Positions 37,374 to 49,300 of a DNA stretch of 64,000 nucleotides are shown piece by piece. Position 1 is the stretch's first letter. Every line of letters begins with the position of its first letter. Origin of the DNA: Raillietiella orientalis (Eukaryota); NCBI GenBank assembly GCA_036172245.1, contig JAYWIR010000046.1:124001-188000 (forward strand), written 5' to 3'. The notes below the pieces were generated by a model, which was given only the letters and a program-made list of their open reading frames with translations, ran no database searches and was not told the origin of the DNA. A program made the translations under genes and the position numbers.

Positions 37374-40300
37374 ATGGAGCTGAAAAATAACGAAAAGTGC
37401 ATCCGCTCCGGGAAGATCCTTGGAGCCCTTCTGCTGCATTACTGGAAGACGATGGTTCTCATATTGGCTCCTGTGTTGGCTTCTCCGCTTCTTTTCTATG
37501 TGAACACTCAGGTAACAGCCGCCATGTACTTCTTCCTGACGAACCCCCCCCTCCGCCCCCGCCTATCCCGCGAACTTTTGCGGAAGGCAAGCCAAAGGAG
37601 GAAAAAAAAAAGAGGAAGAGGGGTGGGAGAAGGAAAGAAGAGATGCATCTTTAACGAAATCACTGCAAGTCTTTGCCCGAGTCGGAATGGGAGGCAACAC
37701 ATGGCGCGAATGACATACGTAAGGCGGGCGCACGAAATCACGGTTTGCGAAATGCCGACGGAGACGCCGAGTAAGGGGCGCGATCACCCATCAAGGGAGC
37801 TTTCCTTGCCCAGTTGGTACCGCTCCATCCCAGATTGATCCCTTTCTGGCTTACCCAACTTGGTTTCCATAAGTGCAAGAGGTCGATGAACTCTTGTTGT
37901 TACTGTTGTTTAATCAAAAAGCTTAAGAATAAGTAAAGTGGATTACTCCCCTTCGAGCGAGAGGGAACGCCATTGTGCCCTGATCTCTTGCCACATTCCT
38001 TTGTTGCGTTTCTCTGGTCGGTTTGCGTGTTCTGCTGTGGTGGAAAGTAAAACCACTTGAAGTTTGCGTTGGTGACACCTAGTCCTCTGGAGAGCAGCTG
38101 ATGTGAGTGTGGGGAACCTCGATAGCACACGCAGAGACATTCAGCGATGAGCCGCGCATTGCTGCCTTTCGGAATGAGTCGGTCTGCTGCTGCAAGGGTA
38201 GCACATATTGAACCGGAAGTCGTCCCTGCAGGCATTCACGGAAACGCAGGCAGAGATTCAAGTGTGGGGGGATCACACAGAGATGGCACTGCTTGCTATC
38301 GTTATTCAGCTAGCTTCTTTGACGGTATAAAGTGCGTTTGGTCCATTGGTGAGAAATGGACTTCCTAAACACTTTCTCGATTTCTAATTGTGCCGTGGGC
38401 TACTTATGATCACCGCTTTCAGATGGAAGGGGAAAGCACAGGTGAAGAAGCAATAACAAGCAACGAACAATGCCTTGTTCCAAGAACTGCATCCGAGAAT
38501 CCAAAGGATTCAGAGACTTAATTCAACGGGGATGCCATCGTTTTTCTGTTTTATCATTTCCAAGATGTCGTTGTCGATGTTCGTGCGTAAATCCACGACG
38601 ACATGGCACATCCATTCGAACGTGTGTGTGGGTAAACGTCACCCGGCTGCCGAGGTTTCTGGCGTGCAATGTCACCCAAATGAGAGACTCCATCGAACCT
38701 GGGATGCGATTCAACTGCGTCTGAGTAGATGCTAGAATTGCCTTTTCCTTTTCTGTTCTTTATAGCTAAAAAGAGCTTTTCCCTTAGGGGAAGAAAATGC
38801 TTCACACTGCACTCGGTCCACCACACGTGTATTCCACATGCTGCGTGTACCTTGTAGCTCCAAAATGGCAGCGAACAGCACCGCCATTCGCCGTCATTTT
38901 TCCTCTGCTAGCGTTGAAGGGTTGTCTTCCAGGACATGGTTGTGATGCTGTATAAGTTACCCCTTGAAGGTTTCCGTTTGCAACCAGAATCAACTGGACA
39001 TTGACGTTCGTTTGCATCCAGGCTTTTTCGCTTTGAGCTCCAACTCCCGCGCTTTCGTCCAGGACTCCTCACTTCTGTGAAGCACCCCATTCATCTGTTG
39101 AGTCTAATGTGTTCCCTGCTTGTTGTGTGACCTCCCTCTGGAGTGATGGATCTCGGCGTCCCGCGCGAAGCATCCTCCAAGCGCAACCCGGACTGCGGCT
39201 GATGCGAGCGAATCCCGTTGTTGGGGAGAAGCAGATTCCCTGCGCCCTGAACAGGATGGGGGGTTTCATGAGTGCGAGAGCAGGGGAAGGGAACCCCGTT
39301 TTGCCGTCGTAGCATCGATTGTACATTGCAAAAGGCGGGGGCGGGATGGGGTCGGAGGAGGAAAGGAAGGACTGGACATGGGGAAGGGGAAGGGGGGAGG
39401 GGACGGTTGTTGTTCACTCTCCTCCTTTCCGCCTCTTTCCCCCTCCCTCCCCATTCCTGCGCGGGAGGCATCTCAGGGAACGCGGGAGGTGGAAACCGAA
39501 CCGTCGCGGTTTCTCCGGCTCCGCTGGTCGCCAGGGATCCCGGCGGAGACGGAACGACTGGGATCAGGGTGATGGCGTCGTCGCCTCTGGCGGCGGAGGT
39601 AGAGGAGGGTCCTCCCTTGGGATCCTCCCCTGGCGCGTGCGCGCGTGTGGTGAGCCCCCCCATCCGGGCTCGCTTCCCCGTTCCGGGCACGGTCCCCCGC
39701 TTCCCTTCGTTTTCTCCTCCCGCAGGAGGCGAAGTGCGGCTGGGTGGGCGTCATCATGGCATCCTACTGGGCGTTCGAGGTGGTTCCCTTGCCGGTGACA
39801 GCGCTGATGCCCGTCTTCCTGTTCCCGCTGACGGGCATCATGGCGACCAAGGAGGTCACGAAGGTATACATGAAGGAGACGGTGATGATGTTTCTGGGCA
39901 GCCTGATGATGGCCCTGGCCATCGAACACAGCAACCTGCACAAGAGGCTCGGACTGAGGATGCTCAGCCTGATGGGCGTCCGCAAAAAGTGGTAGGTACG
40001 CAGGCCCTCCATGCGCACTGACTCCTCTCCCCTCTCTCCTCCGCTCCTTCCCGACCTCACTTGCCCTCTCAGGCTGCTCCTGGGCTCCATGCTGAACACC
40101 ATGTTCGTCTCCATGTGGATCTCGAACACTGCGGCCGTGGCCCTGATGCTGCCCCTGATGGAGGCCATCCTGGAGAATTTCGAGACGGTAGGGGAACGGT
40201 CGGAGGAAGAGGTGGGAGGGCGGCTCTGCGCCAGAGGCTCCATCCTTTCCTCCCGCTCCCTCTTTCAGGAGCGCGCCGTCTGGGAGCTTGCCGGGCGAGG

Positions 40301-43300
40301 GAGTTTCCCGGAGGACTCCGTCGTGGGAGTGCCGCTCCCGCCCTCTGGCGGCTCCGAGAGGTACCTCCAGTCGGAACCGGACCCTCCCCTCAGGAAAGGA
40401 GGCTCCAAGGATTTCCGGAAGGTTCTGATGCTGGGCACGGTCTTCGCAGCGAACATCGGAGGCACCAGCACTCTGGCGGGAACCAGCGTCAACCTGGTGC
40501 TCAAGGGGGTCATCGACACGTAAGCCGCCGGCACAGGCGCCCTTGCGCTCCAGGCTTGGGCGCCCGCGGGGAGGTCCCCCCACTCCTGGGGATGGGGGAG
40601 AGGCGGAGGCCATTCACCGTCTTCCGGAGAACCTTCATCTCCCTCCCTCCTCCGCACGGGTGCCGGAACGCCCGGTATGAGCCTGGGCCCGGGTACCAGG
40701 CAGCGAGCCTCTCGCAAGTGAGGGAGTGGAGGAGGAGAAGAAGGTAGGAGGGCGCTGCTTTTGCCCTGGAAAACAGGAAGGCTGGCCGCCCACTGGGGCA
40801 GCCCGCTCTTCCCCTCGCCCCTCTCCTTCGAGGCGCTTTCCGCTCGATATTGGGCAGAGTCGACGAAAGGAGCGGGTGAGGGTGAGGTCCCCAGCTCCTC
40901 CCTTGCCACCGGGGATGCTCCCCCTTCTATTCCCAGCGCCAATATCCTCCTCCCTTTTCTCCCCCGCAGGTACTACAAGGACTGCAGGGATCTCAACTTT
41001 GCCAGCTGGATGATGGTCACCGTCCCTGGGATGCTGATCTGCGTCTTCCTGACCTGGGTGGTCCTGCTGCTGCTCTTCCAGGACTGCACGTGAGTACCGC
41101 CGCTCTTTCTCCCCCCCCCCCAATCCTCCACGAGTGCGCTCGCGCTCGTCACTTGATCCCAGACTCGCGCCGGTGCGCCGCCGCCTCTTCGCCAAAGACT
41201 CGGCAGGCAGCACCGGACGTTCCCGGAGCAGTCGCCAGACGTTGCCCAAGAGTTTCCCCTTCCACCTCGACGTGGCGCCTTCCTCTCGTCGTGGGCTGCA
41301 TCCTCGCAGATAGGGCGATTCCTTGGGGGAAGAAGAGGGTCGCTCTTGCTGTTCCCTCTTGCGACGCTGCCTCGAGGCACCTTCCAGTTCGGAAAGCGAC
41401 ACAGCTCTCCCCCTCCTCTAGACTCCGGAGCTGTGGGAGCGACCATGAGAACGAAAAGATCGAGGAAAGGATCCGGCTGTCCCTGCAGAACATGGGAAGC
41501 ATGAGCCGCCACGAGATCTCCGTGTCCGTTCTGTTCTTCCTGCTGGTGACCTTGTGGTTCTTCCGGGATCCGGGCTTCGTGAAAGGCTGGGCCCCTCTCT
41601 TCAAAGCGTAAGTAGCCTTGTCTGACCGACCTTATTCTGACCTCTTCACCGTCCTGCTGTTCCTTCCTTCGACGCAACCAGCTGCGTCCTTCGCCCCCCT
41701 GATCCACCGCTCCCTCTCCCCTGGCAGCGCGGACGCGCGCACCTCGGGGCATTTCCTCCTTCTCCCTTCTTTTCCCCTCTCCAGCTCGTCTGCCTCTCAG
41801 ACTTCGTCAGTCACTTTCCAGCGCCCTCAGAAAGACTCGAGTGAACGGCGGGATCCCGATGACGGTGGGGGAAGGGGGAAGGAAGATGCAGCTTCCGCAC
41901 CCCTTCCCTTCCGATCCTCCCACCCAATCTTCTCTGGGACTCCTCCTGTCCTCTCGCTAGACCACCTTGTATGGCACTGCTGCCCCTGTCGTCTGTTTTC
42001 ATTTTAGTGGCGTAGATGACGCCACGCCTGCCATTTTCATCATCTTTCTTATGTTCATCCTCCCTGTCGATCCTCAGGCGCCCTGGAGGAACTGGAAAGG
42101 TACGTTGCATGATCTTTTCCGGCTTTGCCGCCTCAGGGTCCTCCAGCGTGGTCCTTCGCTCTTGTTCGCGGCTGGAACTCCGGCCGCCTCGCTCCGAGCG
42201 ATCGGAACCTCCCGAGGCTCTTCTTTCCGACTTCGGGACGGGGTAGTCGAGATCTACTGTGCGCCCTGCTCGCCCCCGGAGCAGGAACCTTTGAAGATCG
42301 CGAAAACGGCTTGCGGCTGGAAACGGGGGAGAGCAGCTGTTCTCCTTAGAGAAACGGAGGGAACAACGCCATCTCTTCAGTTCAGTGATGATCGGAAGAA
42401 GTTGGGCAGGCCAAAAAACGTGCTCTCTGGGAGGTCCGCGGGAGCTTCATTCCGATCCGTCTGCGCAGAATTTCACGTGAACGGAAGCGGGTCATTTCCT
42501 TCCGTGTCGTCCCCGTGGCACTTCCGAACGGGTGTCCAGGCACGCAAGACCTCGAGGTGATGCTAGTCGCAACTCCAAGCTTGATCGCTCCTCTGGATGC
42601 GCGCGCACGACCAAGGCGAATCCCGAGCTGCCTCTTCGCGCCGCCTTCGTTCGTCGCATCGCGGAGGTGCGTCCGGCCAACGTTCGCGTGAGCGGTCAGG
42701 TGGCGCTCGCGTCGTTTGACTTCCCTGGCAGTTGATCCGGGAAACTGCTTTGCGTCCGAGTACGCCGCGAGATTTCGACCCGACCACGGACGCACGACGA
42801 GGAGCCGTGAATGCAAACGGGGCTCGCGGACGTGCAGGCAGCATCTCGCCCGAGCGAGATACTGTCCGCCACCTCGCACAGGACGTCGGCGACGGCAGCT
42901 TCCTTTTACCCGTCCGAGACGCGAAACATCGACTTGTCACGTGACTTTTTCTTTAGGCGAACGATCGATTCAACGCATCACGGTACCACTGTTAGGGTCT
43001 GGTTTCGACTTTATGAGGGTGCCACCAGCATGGCACGAATCTGGACCCTGACAAACATTTTGCGGTACTGGAAACGGGAAAAGAGCACAGTTGGGCTGAT
43101 AGGAAAAGCGATCTCGAAGACAAAGGAAGGATGCATGCTCCCCATCTTGGAAAACCATCACTGGTCGGAATCGAGACAAGATTGGGAAGGGGGAGAAGAA
43201 GAGGCTGAGTGGAAATTTCCCGAAGTATTCCTCCGGGCGATCGATCTCTCCTTGACATGGTCGAATGGCCTGTTTTCCCGGATGCAAAAGTTCCAGATTT

Positions 43301-46300
43301 CAGGACGTCTATCCGTCGAGTTAGTGATTGTCCGAATACCCCTTCGAGGAGGACTTCCTAGCCGAAGAGGCGAACGCCCTTGTTCTTTCAGGAGGAAGGA
43401 ACGGAAAGGGAGGGTGTTCATGACGAACGTCCGAAATCTGATCTTCTGGCTGGAACCTGGCACGGTCAAGGATTCATGCATGCTTGTGTTTCGCAAATGA
43501 CTTGCAGGAAGGTGCAAGTGGATGAACAGAGGAGTTTCCACCATGTTCTTCTCTTGTTTCTTCGCCTCGTCAACTCCTCCACAGATTTTCCGAGGTTCTT
43601 CCGTCGCAAGCCGCGACCCATTCGATGTTTCCGATAAGCATCCCGGAAGCATGGTTTGTTCGCGTCTATTTCTGATGCACACTACCTGCTTCTTGGGGAT
43701 TTTGCATTCCCTTAACCTTTCGTTGTTTCTTGGGTCCCACAACACTTGCCCTCGCAACGCGAGGATCAAGAAATCCCGCCAGTCCTCGATACTTGCTCCC
43801 GCTCTTCGCCTTGTCTCTTCCGACATCGCTGACGAGTACTGGTGGTGAGGTCGAGCGCCGTCGCGTACGACTGCTTCCCCTTGTGCCTCGATCCGGCTTC
43901 AGCTTCGGATCTGCTCCTGGAATCACCTAGCCGTAGGCTACCGAATCTAAGCGTTTCTATGAGGGATTTCTATCCCGGATTTGGGTCTCGACAGCTTGTC
44001 GTGCCTCTCCGTAAGCAGCGTTTAGTCGTCGACGCTCCTGTTCGATTCTGCCCCTCTTTCGCACCAGCTGCACACGCAGACCGAGGCATCCCTAGTGGCA
44101 CTCAACCTCCTGCCCGCGCGGGCAGGGGGTGGATTGGCTCTCCCCCTGGACGAAACAGGCGACCTGCGGCCCGAAAGTTGCAGAGTAGAAAACGTTTCCA
44201 CGTCCGATGCGGCCCACCTGGAAGGTGATCCTCTCGGTAGGGATGTTGTTTTCCGACGAGGGATGTCCACTCTGCCTTGCGTTGAACTGTGCGTACTCTT
44301 GAGGGGATTTCTTTGCAGAGCCAGTGTATGATTAGAGGTGTAAGAATAGTTGTGATTCCCGTACGATTTAGCTTAAGAAATATCACTGATACCTAATGAT
44401 TTGTCGTTGGAAATGCCATGATTAAATTTGAAAACCGCTAAGACGAGACCTAGAATTTGTGATTATGTCGTTCAAAAAGATGACTCATTGAAATTTTGGC
44501 ATATTTTAAGGGCTTCTTCGCAAGCTTACTTAATCAATCATACTTATTAATGGAAGTTTTGCGGGACGCTAATCCTGGTGGTACTTCCATCCAGGAGCAC
44601 AAGGTAGCTTACTGCCTTGGCGCAATCAAGCCCAAAGGGAGTAACCTGAAACTGTGTCTGAAATTTGTGTATATGTTAAATGAGGAACGTGTCGATATGA
44701 GCTGACGTGCCTCCCGCACTAAAATCGACGATCACAGATAACTGACTCAGTCAGTGTATCTAGGTGTTATCTCAAGCCTCATGAAACATTACTGATCCGT
44801 GTTCTAAATAATATTGGAATGGTACAGTCTTGAAGGCACAGCTGCAGACATCTCAAAAGAAAAATTTTTTTTTTCCTTCTTTCGCTGATCGCTGATGCAA
44901 AAGAAAACTCCAAACCAATTCACCTGAAACTGGAACCGCTGACTGTTGCAAGAATAAGGAATTGCTGATCGGAGCAGTTCGGAGGTCCTCGCTATGGAAA
45001 CGCGTTCATTGCAATTCACAGTTTTTCGCTGTCAGTGTTGAGAATGTCACAGCTTATGTTAAGGCTAATCAAAAGTCAATTGAAGAGTTTGAGCATGATG
45101 AAGATAGTAATAGTGACAAGTGAGTTCCGAGATGTTTGCACTCGCAAATTTTTTCTCCAATGGCACAACTTGGATAAATCAGAAAACACACACACACAAA
45201 AAGCTTGGATCCTATGGATTCTGCGAGTTTGCAACAACTTCATTGAGTCAAGCCCAGAGTTTTTTTTTTTTTTAGTCCGTTATAAAAGTCGAAAATCCTA
45301 CATAGAACACTATAAATTTTAAACAATCTGAAGAACGAAAGCTTGATGTTGTTTTCAAAGAAATGAAAAGCAGCTACGGAAAACTCCATGCATTCTATGG
45401 TTGTCGCAGTTGGACGGAGAGATTCACCAAGTGCAGCAACGAACGCATCATTACTCTGCATAATTGAATCAAATTAGTGCAGCCTTGAGACAATACAATA
45501 AATGCAATTCGTTGATTTACCTGGAATGAAGCATTGATTTCCACTTGCATAAACGCCCGAGTGCACTCCAGTCATTTGACGGAATTTGCGTTTTCGGACA
45601 ATCGCTCCTCAGGATGTCCGTAAAGGTTACGTAGGTTTTTTTTTTTTGAAGTATCGAGACCGAGACGTCCTCGGTCTCTTGTCCAAGTCATCTTTTACTA
45701 TTCCAGTTTTCTTTCTTTGTTTACTTTTCTTAAAAAAACCGGAACAGCTTCGTATCGGTGTCAGGAATGTTCAAGGTTCATGGATTTCCAATGTTTTTTT
45801 TTTTTATAAAAGTATTTTTTCTTCTAAGAAAGAATACTTTTATAAATCGAAGGAAGAGGAGTTCATTGCTTTTATAAAGTGAGTTTTAGAAGAGGAGTTT
45901 TATAAAGTGAACTATAAGTATGAGAATGTGTTTTTCTGATTTGCTGCTTGCTTTTGATGCTAATCATACAAAGCACGTAACAAATGGAGCGAGCTGGCTC
46001 AACACAGATAATTCGTGTTGATTAACAAAAAGCAAACTTTCTCATAGGGCATGAAATTCCATGCTTGCATATCAGGTAATCTACTCAACTTACTTATGAC
46101 TCATGTGAATCGTGCATTCTGCGACAATTTTTTTTAACCGATCATCCTTGATCACTTTTTAAAAACAAAACAGACGATTCCACATTTCTGAGTTTCCAGA
46201 TTGTGTGATCTGCAGTCCATCGTTATATAGTTTTTCTGGGGCTTTAAACTGGTGCATGCGTATTCATGCGTATATATTTATGTATGGTTTTCCTCCTGTA

Positions 46301-49300
46301 TACATTTACAATCAAACACATCCACTGATGCACGTACAAGTGCTCATATGCGTACTCGTGTGATTTCGAAAGCATGCAAAATATGTTCACATTCGTATTT
46401 TAATGTTTTTTTATTGATGCAGCAATTATCTTTTCCAGTGGTTTATCATGGTGGAAGAAAGGCAATTACGTCGAGTCCAGTATTGCATAACTGGAACATA
46501 ATTCATGAAAAGTTGCCTTGGGGCACCTGCATCCTGATAGGTAAAGGAGTCTAATAAAAAGAAGAAATTTATCTCATTGACGATTATCTAATTCGTAAAA
46601 TTTCTTATTAATTCTAGGGGGTGGTTTCGCTTTGTCTGAAGGAACCGTTCGTTCCGGTCTGTCAGAATGGATTGGAAGACAAACTGCTTTCTTGCAGATA
46701 GGTTCACCTAGTGCTCTAATTCTCATTGTAACGGTGGTGATTTCCTTTTTGACCGAAGTTACTTCCAACGCAACCACGGCTACTATTTTGCTTCCTATAT
46801 TAGCGAAAATGGTACACCTCGTCTCTGTTTGCTTTGTATGCAGATGAGTAAAGAAATGCTCCCACAGGCGTCAGAGTTGCATGTGAATCCTCTGTTGGTA
46901 CTGGTACCAGCAACTTTGAGTTGTTCCTACTCCTTCATACTGCCCACAGGGAATCCTTCTAATTCTCTGGCCTTTGAAGCTGGAAATATGGAAGTTTCAG
47001 ATATGGTAAGTCCTGTACCTCCTTGAACCTATCAAACGTACACATTGTAGCTTTTGAGCATGAAACAGTATTTCCAAAATAAGTAGGAATTTCATTGATT
47101 TAGCTTATAGTTGTCCTCAGAGTCTCCGTTTTTCCATGGTTATTATATTTTTTTTCTTACTACAGCGCTTCTGTTCCCCTAAATCAGAATGCCGATAATA
47201 TTTTAAGAATATTCCGCGGAAACCGAAGAGCATTTTGCTCGGATTGCCGGGAAGTTCGAAAAATCCAGAACACAGAAAACAGTATTTCGGAAATTGATTG
47301 ATGGGCAGAGCATTATTATATTTCCAAGGACAGTTAAAGATGGATTTCCGTTTCCCAGAAAGTAAACAGTGGAATACAATCATAACTTGGTACTGCCGAT
47401 GAATTGCAAAGCCGCAACTCCAAGCACCTCCAGCCAAAAAACGGCAGAAAGCTACAAAGCAAACTTACAGAGCAATAAACAAAAAGGAAATATCCATAAT
47501 TCTGTTACTTATAGTTTCTACTAGGCTGATGTAGTGATAAATCGCAAATACATCGTAACGTGTAATTCTATTCATCCTTTCGTTTAATTCTGAAGCCTCA
47601 TATTTCTAGATTTGCTAAACAAATTAGCGAGGATAAAACAAGCTAATAATACTATGGCTACCGTACTGAATCTAATTGATTGAAAGATTAGCAATCAGCT
47701 CAGATTGCATGCAATATATATATATATACACTGCATATTCATGATGTATCTTGTTTGCACATTGATTTTATATTGTTTATTAATGGTGAATGAGAAAAGT
47801 AAGGTTACGTCATGTTTTTTTTTAATGGTTAGTATTGAAAAAAGTCTGGTTCTTCAAACAGAATCCAAACAATATTCAGATTCTTAAAAGTGGATTCTTA
47901 TTTTGGGACAAGGAACTGTTGTTAAGTGATAAGTATGTAGTATTCTAAGTACAATAAGATTCGTTGGCAAAATTAGTCTAAATGAGTTTAGCTTTTCCGT
48001 CATTAATCGTAAGTGTTGCATGTCACTGCACAAATCAAACGAAATGTAAAATGCTTTTTCATATGCACTTCAGACAAATAAACCATTCATATTAGACATG
48101 GTATGCATTAGTTTGGTAAGAGAATTGCTTTAGCAATTTTAGAAGTTTTAAAATCGTTTACCTAAGGTTTACATGAGAAAACGAAATCGAAAAATCGGCC
48201 CAGGCAAATATGATTTAGGAGTTTATTGCAAAATTTGGGTACGTCATAAATTAAAAATTTGATTTTAACTTGATAATTGTTTTTGTTTCGTAAAAAAAAA
48301 TACATCTGAAATGCGTTGAAATAAAGTGTCGGAGGCCTTGTGGTTAAAGCTTCCGCGTGTGCACCATGCGTCGCGGGTTCGAATACTTCGGCAGAAACTC
48401 TGACGCCACTGCGTCGTCGGATTCCGAGTTTCTCCTGCAACGGCGCTGGTTGGCTGAGACATTCGGGCGTGGCACCGGAGGTGGATTAAGCCGGAGGCCC
48501 CCGATGAAGGTCGGAACAATGGCAGTCGACCTTTGGGTCCTCCCAGGAATCAAGGAGTGGGGAGTTTCCCCCTCCTGTCCTGCAACGGAGAGCGGACCCC
48601 CCCCACCGGGGGACCCTCCGAGTCGTCGCCTCTTCACAGAGTGCACAAGGAAGCGAGAGCGATTTCCTGCGGGAAGCTGCAGCGCCCCTTCTGAGTTTCG
48701 GAAGCGTCCCTTCGGGGTTCTCTTCAGAGGAGTGAATAAAGGAGCGGTTCCCTTGAGGGTTCCCTCCGGAGAAGAAATTCCTACAAGCGGGTCCTTTCCG
48801 GGTTACCTTCGGAGAAGTTAAAATGGAGAGGACAGCCCCTCCCCATTGGTGGGGGGGTGTCCCTCCGGAGAGAATGAGGAAGGAGGATTCCCTTCGGGGT
48901 TCCCCTTCGGAGACAACCAGGGTGGGAGGTGCGATCCCCCCCGTCCGGGGGGATCCCTCCCCAAGCGTGAGAGGAACGGACTCCGAGCCCTTCCTGGATT
49001 CATAGGACGGACCCCCATCCCGGGGTGCCCCCTATCCTGAAGAATTACACGTCCCCCTGCGGGTTGCCGCGGGCGGAGGGGCGTGGAAACAAAATAGTGT
49101 GTTTAATGTTTAAAAAGAGCCACGCGCGCCGCGAGGCACGCGACCGGCTCTGAGGTACTTAGCGAACCAAAAAAAAAAAAAAGAAAACTCTTGAAATAAA
49201 GTGTAGTGCAGTTAGGCATGCATTTGTCTATGCATGCCTAACTGCATTTAGGTGCCAAGGGGGAGCAGGGAATTGCATGAACAAGAAAAGCGAGATGGAC

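Noticed and set aside
39564..41752. Long minus-strand ORFs (349, 255, 259 aa)
   Set aside because: Antisense shadows of the GC3-rich SLC13 exons and GC-rich introns.
42936..42945. Perfect CLEAR/E-box GTCACGTGAC in SLC13 intron 7
   Set aside because: Isolated 10-mer about 10 kb from LAMTOR5 and not near an evident promoter; cannot be supported.
48330..48395. Possible tRNA gene
   Set aside because: A/B boxes are present but there is no proper cloverleaf or T-run terminator; it is the head of the SINE.
48357..49040. ORFs of 154 and 64 aa inside the SINE-like element
   Set aside because: Gly/Pro-rich translations that simply mirror the hairpin repeats; Pol III boxes, TSD and A tail point to a non-coding element.
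48493..49085. CRISPR-like or hammerhead-ribozyme reading of the hairpin array
   Set aside because: Units are not identical repeats with unique spacers, no cas genes are present, and I found no CUGANGA/GAAA catalytic core in a correct stem context.
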